Shown here piece after piece: positions 52,433 through 64,000 of a stretch of DNA of 64,000 nt. Both the position numbers and the translations under genes were made by a program. The notes below the pieces were generated by a model, which made no database searches, had not been told where the DNA came from, and was given only the letters and a program-made list of their open reading frames with translations. How positions within the stretch are numbered: the stretch's first letter is position 1; every line of letters starts with the position of its first letter. Source of the stretch: Blastocystis sp. Blastoise (taxonomy: Eukaryota; Protista; Bigyra: Opalinata); NCBI GenBank assembly GCA_039096225.1, contig JBBPEB010000023.1, positions 558,001 through 622,000 on the forward strand, written 5' to 3'.

Positions 52433-52905
52433 ATGTTATCCATTGATGAAACTGATGTTTGTTACAAATCACCAATTCCTTGGTTTTACTTTTTAATGCT
52501 TCCTGTGAGAATTATCACCTATTTCAAAGGTCTTCGTGCAAAACATAATAGTCCAAAAATCGATCAAGCTAAGATTGATGCCATTAACATGCTCATTATT
52601 AACGAAAACGAAGAAATATCAAATGTATATATTTCTATACTTTATGCTCTATGGATACTGTAATATTTTTATGATTGAAATGCTATTTTTTCTTCAGTTG
52701 ATGGTTCCATTGTTATTATCTTCGTTTATATTTTATCTATTATAATATACAATATACTATCGATTTATAAATATTATTGAATATTGAATATGAATATGTA
52801 TGATCATTTTTATTTATTTAGAACTCATCAACAGAAAACTATGCTATAAAAGCTAAAGCTGAGCGACGAAAGGATAAATTAGAAACAATGTTAAATGAAA
52901 ACTAA
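52433..52905 (+). CDS. Small two-exon hypothetical protein (~91 aa)
   Basis: One GT-AG intron joins ..EEISN to NSSTENYAIKAKAERRKDKLETMLNEN*; divergent from NDUFS5. Confidence 0.55.
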
Positions 52906-53658
52906 TTGATTTTATGTATCGTGTATTTTTTTATGTACTTATTTATATATGGAATCTATATTTTTCTAATTAGTGTCTCTAGTTCTTTTTTCATTTAATA
53001 TTATGAATAGTCTATAATCCTATTTATATTGATAGGCTATCTAAATGTATATATATCGATTTATTTAAATGTATATATGTGGATCTATTTGAATTCATTT
53101 TTAAATAGATAATGATCTTCTTCTTTTGCTATTTTTTGATTTTTTAGAAGATAAATATCTATAAAAAACGATTTTTAGTTGTTATAGTATTGCTATCACA
53201 GTTAAATATATTCTTTCCACATGATAAAAAAGTGTGATTACGATCCTATTTCTTTTAAATACTTTTCTAACTATGTGAATAGGTAAATCAGGATGTTTGA
53301 ACAAGAGAATCATATAAAAAATACGATTTGAACACTTGAGTATGATATGCATAAACGAAAGACAAAAAGTCAATATGAAAAAACCGAATTTATAGTGATT
53401 AGGTAATGATATTTTTGATTATTTGAGGGTCAAAAAAAGGAGAAACAATAGGTACATATATTTGAATTAGATCCTAATAGACTTATGATGTTAGAAAGAT
53501 ACAGATAATTCGTCATTGAATTAGGTGCCTTTATAATGGACAAATTACATAGCTTTAAAAGTTTCCTCGATTAGGGTACTAGGAAAAATAAAAGAGAAAT
53601 AATATACAATTATTTTACCTACAATTATTTTTACTGTGATTGATTAGGATTAGTAAAT

Positions 53659-55993
53659 ATGTCCTCCAAGTTATTAAGTCGTGTCCATCGTTCTCATTTA
53701 CTTGAGAAACTTATGACTCCTAAGGAAGCTGCTTATAAGTTTTTCAAGAGTGGTCAAACCTTAGGTTGGTCTGGATTTACCCCTGCTGGTTATCCTAAAG
53801 TTGTCCCTATTGCTCTTGCTGATAGAGTAGAAGAAACTAAGGAAGACTTAAAGTTTGAAGTCTTTATTGGTGCTTCTGTCGGTTCTGAAACTGAAGATCG
53901 TTGGGCTAAACTTGGTATGGAAGCTCGTCGTTTCCCTTATCAAACTGGTAAGAATATTGCTGCTGGTATTAATACTGGTAAAATTGAAATGGCTGATACT
54001 CACTTATCTATGTTTGCTCAAAACTTAGGTTGGGGTTTCTACACTAAGGATAATAAACATAATCCTGGTAGACTTGATGTAGCCATCATTGAAGCTACTG
54101 AAATTCTTGAAGATGGTGGTCTTGTCCTTGGTACTGGTATTGGTATGTTATTTATTTTAGCTTATTATATATTCATAAAATTAATATTATAGAAGAATTG
54201 TTATATAAATTATTACTTTTTAAACATTCTAATTATTATGTCTTTTTTTTTATTGGTTGTACTCCTGAAATTTTATCTATTGCTGATAAGATTATTATTG
54301 AAGTAAACACTGCTCTTCCTTCCCTTCGTGGTATTCATGATATTGTTGATGATCCCAGACCTCCTCATAGAAAACCTTATCTTATTTCTCGTGTAGATGA
54401 TAGGTATATATATGTTTATATATATATATATTTTTTTTTGTTTGAAATTTATAAAATAATATTATTTTGCTTTATATACAATTATAAATAAAATTATTAT
54501 TATTTTTTATCACTAAAAAAGTGTTTAACACTATATATATATAGAGTTGGTTCTGAAACTATTAAAGTAGATGAATCTAAGGTCGTTGCTATTGTAGAAT
54601 CTACTCTTCCTGATAATGGACGTGGTTTCTCTGCTGTTGATGATACTTCCAAACAAATTGCTGGACATATCATGGATTTCTTAAAGAATGAAGTTAAACA
54701 AGGTAGACTTCCTGCTAATCTTCTTCCTATTCAATCTGGTGTTGGTAATATTGCTAATGCTGTTGTTGGTGGATTAGTTGACTCCGATTTCACTCATCTT
54801 AATGGTATATATATGTATAGAGTTATGTTATTGTATCTTTATTTTTTTTTGTGTAATAAATATATAATATTTTTTTTTGTATGATTATTATATATAATAT
54901 TTTTTTTTGTACAATAAATATATAATATTTTTTTTTGTATGATTATTATATATTATGATTTGACAAGGATGATCACAACCATGCTAATACTGAATCTTCT
55001 TTGATGAGTATTTTTATGTTCAACATGAGTCAAATTATATTCTTATTATTTTTTTATTATGTTTTTTTTTATTTATTAAAAAAATATATTTTATGTTTTA
55101 TGTTTAATTTACTATATATAGTATGGTCTGAAGTTCTTCAAGATACCGTTCTTGATTTAATTGATGCTAATAAGGTTGATACTGCTTCTGGTGTTTCTCT
55201 TTCTTTATCTGCTAAGGGTTTCGAAAGATTCTATGGCAATATTGAACGTTATAAGCCTCATTGTGTTCTTCGTCCTGAAGCTATTGCTAACTCCTGTGGT
55301 ATGTATTCTTATATTTATTTATTTATTATATTTATTTATTTATTATATTTATTTATTTATTATATTTATTTATTTATTATATTTATTTATTTATTATATT
55401 TATTTATTTATTATATTTATTTATTATATTTATTTATTAATTATATTATAATATATTATATTTATAATAAAATAATAATATCATTACGTATAGAATTTGT
55501 CCGTCGTCTTGGAGTAATTGCTATGAATACTCCTATTGAAGTAGATATGTATTGTCATGCTAACTCTTCTTTAGTTGGAGGTACTAAGATTATTAATGGT
55601 CTTGGTGGTTCTGGTGATTTCTTACGTAATGCTTACTTATCTATTATGCATACTCCTTCTTCTCGTCCTTCTAAGACCGATCCTACTGGTATTTCCTGTA
55701 TTGTTCCTATGTGTGCTCACATTGATCATACCGAACATGATTTAGATGTTATTGTTACTGAACAAGGTCTTGCTGATGTACGTGGTATGTCTCCTAGACA
55801 AAGAGCTCAATATATTATTAAGACTTGTGCTCATCCTGATTATAAGGATCAACTTCTTGATTATTATAAGATGGCTGAAAAGGAATGTATTGCTAAGAAG
55901 GCTGGTCATGAACCTCAACTTCTTGAATATTGCCATAAGATGCACATCAATCTTGCTAAGAATGGTACTATGAAATTAGATAAATGGAATTAA
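53659..55993 (+). CDS. ASCT: Acetate:succinate CoA-transferase (Ach1/AarC-like)
   Basis: [69 protein letters not shown]; strong codon bias. Confidence 0.95.
54958..55035 (+). ncRNA. Intronic box C/D snoRNA, snR53-like guide
   Basis: 7-bp terminal stem ATTTGAC/GTCAAAT; box C AGGATGA 54966; guide CCATGCTAATA before D' CTGA 54990; C' TGATGA 55002; box D variant ATGA 55025. Confidence 0.8.
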
Positions 55994-56729
55994 ACGTAAA
56001 TGAATATTACTTAGCATGCTAGCATTTTATATATTATTTTGTACTACTTTTCTTTTCTATATCCACAATTATTCTTTTCTATATAACTTTCTCAACTCTT
56101 TTGTTTATTTTGTTTTGTTAAAAATTTTAATAAATTAAAAAAATAAAACATTATTTGTATCAACTTTATATATAAAAATTTAGAAGACTATATTTTATGC
56201 TAATATTTCGAAAAATAATTTATAAAACATAATATATCACATAATCTAAATAAATAGTTTAATTTTTAAATGATAACATATATATTTATTTGTGAATACA
56301 ACTATATTTATAAAAAAAAATCGTTAATTCACTTTTAGATTCATTTTTATTCAATCAAATAAAGATCTTTAAAAAAAAATAAAAATAAATATCCCCTTCA
56401 ATGTAATGAACAATAATGATTATTATTAACGTAAAAAAGAACTTTTTCATGTTCAATTATATATATAAAAATCGTTTTTTTTTGAGTTTATTGATTTAGG
56501 TGTTTATTATCAAAAAGTTATACTTAAAACAATTTCAAAAAGTCGATGTTAGTTATTTCATGGCATTCATTGTATTGTTTTTTATACAAAAGTGACATAA
56601 TAATGGTTATTTGACTATAAATAAAAACAACAAACGTTTTGGTTTTTATTTTCATAATTCTGGGAATTTATAAGAATTCAGGGAAAGAATTTCTATGGAT
56701 TTTCATAAAAAAGTCGTTTTTGCAAATTG

Positions 56730-56748
56730 ATTGGTTAGTCTATCCAAT
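56730..56748. promoter_or_regulatory. Inverted CCAAT pair upstream of RPL19
   Basis: ATTGG 56730 and CCAAT 56744, followed by a pyrimidine-rich leader at about 56790-56815. Confidence 0.45.
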
Positions 56749-56866
56749 GAAACTAAAGAAAACTGACAAATATATCTCATTTTTATCTCCATTCATTCTC
56801 CTTTCCTTTTTTTTCACAAAACCTTAAGTATAATATTTGGTGGTGTATTTATATTCTATTAATACA

Positions 56867-57989
56867 ATGGTGTCACTTAAGATTCAAAAGAGGTATGACT
56901 TATTGATTCATAATTCTTATTTAATCAAATTGAATAACAAATACCTTATCTTCCTTCAATTACATTTCAATTATAATTTTTTCTACTTAGACTCGCTGCT
57001 GCCGTCCTTAAGTGCGGTAAGCGAAAGATTTGGATGGATCCTAACGAAATTTCTGAAATTTCCTTAGCTAACTCTCGTCAAAACGTCCGTAGATTAGTCA
57101 AGAACGGTCTTGTTATTCGTAAGGCTGATGCTATTCACTCTCGTGCTCGTATCACTAAGAGAAACGACGCTAAATCCAGAGGTAATCACACTGGTAAGTA
57201 ATATTATTATAGACATCTTATAATCTATTTATGTATATTTTTTAAATTTTAAATTTTTCTTTTATCTATCAAATCATCAAAATATAAGTAAACTAAAGAA
57301 TCATTTATAAAGGTTTTGGTAAAAGACGTGGTACCCGTAATGCTCGTATCCCCTCCAAGCTTCTTTGGATGAGACGTATTAGAGTTCTTCGTCGTCTTCT
57401 TAAGAAGTACCGTGAAGCTGGTAAGATCGATAAGCACATTTATGCTTCTTTCTACATTAATATATTAATTAAAATACTTTATTTTTTTTTCGATTCTATA
57501 TATTTATATTTAATAATGTATATTTATGCTTCTTTCTACAAACTTGCTAAGGGTAACCGTTATCGTACTAAACGTGTTTTAATGGAAAACATTCATCACG
57601 CTAAGGCATGCATTATATTATATTATTATTGCCCTATTTATTACATCTAATGATTGTTATTTTATTATTAAAAAATCTTTATTGCCTTGATTTTCATTAT
57701 ATTTTTATAAAATTGCTATTAAAATTATATATTTATCATTACATTTCATTATTTCTATTTATTTATATAGGCTGAATCTAAGGCTGAAAAGAAGCTTAAG
57801 GAAGAAGCTGAAGCTCTTCGTTCTGCTGCTCGTGCTCGTAGAGAAAAGAAGGCATGCTATTCTTTTTAATTAATTATTCTCTATATAATTCTTTAATTTA
57901 TAATAAGTAATAAAAAATATCTATTAATTAATAAATATATAATTCTATATATAATATAGGCTGAAGCCAACGTTGCTGCTAAGAATTAA
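56867..57989 (+). CDS. RPL19: 60S ribosomal protein L19 (eL19)
   Basis: [58 protein letters not shown]; 5 introns, three with non-GT-AG ends. Confidence 0.98.
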
Positions 57990-58289
57990 ATAAGTTAGCT
58001 TAATGTGATGTACCACCATTCTATTTATATTGTTTTTTGTTGCTTTTATTTAAATTGACTTTAATTATTAAACACACAACATTTTAAATAATTATTAAAA
58101 TCTATGATGATATTATAAGACAGACTATAGTAATAAAACTAATCTAAGCCAAACTAGAAACATAATTTTTTGCCTTTTTTTTTATGGTTAATTTATCGTT
58201 TTTTAATAAATATACAAATTTGTCGTTTACAGATTTGTATTTGCATATTCCATTAATTTACTTTGCATTTGATAAGGATTAGTAAAAGA

Positions 58290-61782
<3,493 letters not shown>

Positions 61783-62101
61783 TATATATACTATGTATAT
61801 ATGTAATACATATATATATAATGTATTTATTATACATATTATTTGATTATTATAGATATTAAATTACGTTTTCTTTATTTATTATCAATTATAATGTAAT
61901 AAAAAAACTATTTATATCTTAATATATTCAATATTATTTATTTTTTTTCATTTTTTTTGGTTGCTTTTGTCATAGTCATACATCTTCTTGTATTCTATCC
62001 TATTCTTATTCATTTATTCTTTCTTTTTCTGATTTTCTTTTCTTCATTCATGTTTATATGTTTTATTATTTCGATGATTATTATGAGTTGTACTTTTAAT
62101 T

Positions 62102-62142
<41 letters not shown>

Positions 62143-62522
62143 TACCATTACATTAAATAAAATCTTTCAAACAAAACTATTTAGTATAATATTTCATTAT
62201 AAAAATAAGTAGGGAAATGATCAAGTAAAAATAATATATCAAAGAGGAAATTGTATATAGATACATCATATAGAAATAAAGAAACAAGTAATATAAACAT
62301 TTTATAATATAATGATAAAACAAGAACTATATAACTAATAGAAAAAGCAAGAATACATACATAATATAGAATACAGAGAATAGTAAATAAAAAAGAAGAA
62401 AAAAACCTGATTAAAGAAAAGTATCGACAAAGCTATTAATTATATAAGCAAGAAATAGTAATATAGTTTAACATATAATATAGTGAAGTCAAGTCGAAAT
62501 ATAAATTATATTAGAGAACAAT

Positions 62523-64000
62523 TTAAAAATTATCGAAATCAAAATCATCATCTGTACTAGAATCATCACTAGCTTCAGCTAGTAAACTATCGAAATCTAA
62601 ATCATTATTAGCAGCAGGTTTAGTAGCAGGTTTAGCAACAGGTTTAGCAACAGGTTTAGTAGCAGGTTTAATAGCAGGTTTAATAGTAGGTTTAATAGTA
62701 GGTTTAGTAGCAAGTATCTTTTCTTCTTCATTATCATCATCATCATCATCTTCATCGCTGCTATTGTCACTATCGGAACTAGAAGTTTCTTCAGAACTAG
62801 TATCTTCATTATTTGAACTTGTTTCTTCAGTATCAGTATCAGTATCAGTATCAGTATCAGTATTATTATCACTACTATCCTCATCATCTTCTTTATCATC
62901 TTTTTTATTTATAGGCTTAGCAGTGGGGCCTGTAGGACGTGGTCCCATAGGAGGTCGTGGAGGAAGCATACCTGGTCTTGGAGGAAGCATCATAGATCTA
63001 GGAGGTAGAGGTTTACCATCTGGTCCTAAGATAGGTCTTGGAGGAAGCATACCTGGTCTAGGAGGAAGAGGTTTACCATCTGGTCCCATAGGAGGTCTTG
63101 GTATCATAGGAGGTCTTGGCATCATACCTGGTCTTGGAGGAGGTACCATAGATCTTGAAGCAGGAGGAGGAGGAGGAGGTCTTGTAATAGGCTTAGTAGC
63201 AGTAGGAGGAACTGATTTCTTCTCTACAGGTATCTTTTCTTCTTTTTCATCATCATCATCATCATCACTATCAGAAGAGAAAGAAGAAGAGGAAGAAGTA
63301 TCATTATCATTACTATTTTCAGAAGAAGTTTCTTCACTATCATCATCAGAAGTAGTAATAGTAGTAGTAGTAGTAGTCGAATCATTATCACTATCACTAG
63401 AATTATTATTACTACTATTTTCTTCATCATTCTCAGGTTTCTTTTCAACTTTTGGGGTAGGAACAGGAATAACGGGACGAGGAGGAAGAGGTTGTCCGTT
63501 ACTATTAATGGGGGATCGAGGTCCAGTAGGACGAGGTGGCATGGGAGATCGTGGAGTAGCTGGTGACATGCCAGGGACTGTAAGAGGTCGTGGCGCCATT
63601 GGGGGACGAGGAGGCATTGCGCGGGAAGCAGGAACGGGTGGAGGTGGAGCACGTGCAACTGGAGAAGGTTTAGGAACTGGCTCTTCTTCTTTATCGTTAT
63701 TGCCGCTATCATTATCAGAATCATTATCAGAATCATTATCAGAATCATTATCAGAATCATTATCAGAATCACTACTACCAGTATTACTATCACTATCAGA
63801 ATCAGAATCACTATCAGAATCAGAATCACTATCACTACTAGTATTACTATCAGAATCAGAATCACTACTAGAACTTGTAGTGCTATCTGCGTCATCTTTG
63901 GTGGGAACACTAGCAGTATTGAGTACAGGAACATGAAGAGGAATTGGTTGTGCTGGAATTGGTTCTATTGACTGTGTTTCTATAACAACAGGAACAGCAG
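62523..64000 (-). CDS. C-terminal exon of a low-complexity protein alternating Pro/Arg/Met-rich and Asp/Ser-rich blocks; start beyond the window
   Basis: Frame open from 64000 to the stop at 62523; PPRP, GPDGKPLPPR and KPAT repeats; ends DLDFDSLLAEASDDSSTDDDFDFDNF. Confidence 0.8.
   Translation of the reverse strand, partial: AVPVVIETQSIEPIPAQPIPLHVPVLNTASVPTKDDADSTTSSSSDSDSDSNTSSDSDSDSDSDSDSDSDSNTGSSDSDNDSDNDSDNDSDNDSDNDSGNNDKEEEPVPKPSPVARAPPPPVPASRAMPPRPPMAPRPLTVPGMSPATPRSPMPPRPTGPRSPINSNGQPLPPRPVIPVPTPKVEKKPENDEENSSNNNSSDSDNDSTTTTTTITTSDDDSEETSSENSNDNDTSSSSSFSSDSDDDDDDEKEEKIPVEKKSVPPTATKPITRPPPPPPASRSMVPPPRPGMMPRPPMIPRPPMGPDGKPLPPRPGMLPPRPILGPDGKPLPPRSMMLPPRPGMLPPRPPMGPRPTGPTAKPINKKDDKEDDEDSSDNNTDTDTDTDTDTEETSSNNEDTSSEETSSSDSDNSSDEDDDDDDNEEEKILATKPTIKPTIKPAIKPATKPVAKPVAKPATKPAANNDLDFDSLLAEASDDSSTDDDFDFDNF

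Noticed and set aside
53182-53373. 63-aa minus-strand ORF
   Set aside because: Non-ATG start, no motif, no codon bias.
56828-56862. RPL19 5' UTR intron with an AA acceptor mimicking the upstream exon
   Set aside because: Fits the pattern but there is no reading-frame constraint to fix the boundaries.
62764-63936. 390-aa plus-strand ORF
   Set aside because: Antisense shadow of the low-complexity minus-strand exon.

Overview
Very AT-rich, intron-dense eukaryotic nuclear DNA with about 24 protein genes and roughly 130 short introns (hand count), many filled with (TA)n/(TTA)n. Standard code; every gene I could follow to its end has a genomic stop. A complex I subunit (NDUFS5) next to an acetate:succinate CoA-transferase, plus minor-class introns, suggests an anaerobic protist with a mitochondrion-related organelle, possibly a low-GC Blastocystis/Proteromonas-like stramenopile (inference). 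The first 11 kb looks accessory: BTB-like protein, secreted lectin/Ig mosaic, BTB-TLDc protein and a GC-richer ~73-bp degenerate array. The rest is housekeeping: aminopeptidase P, GT61, SR protein, PurE-PurC fusion, PUF60-like, CD2BP2, Sec10, kinase, ZNF330, VPS26, PRL phosphatase, ACBP-ankyrin, NDUFS5, ASCT, RPL19, RRN3. Main signals: (1) at least 7 introns whose GT or AG is replaced by bases copying the opposite exon, including a 19-bp direct-repeat-bounded intron in RPL19 (real non-canonical splicing/gene conversion, or an RNA-read polishing artefact); (2) three U12-type AT-AC introns; (3) an intronic box C/D snoRNA in ASCT; (4) the 73/147-bp array; (5) a reverse-order PurE-PurC fusion. Gene models were spliced by eye and family calls are from motif recall, not database searches.
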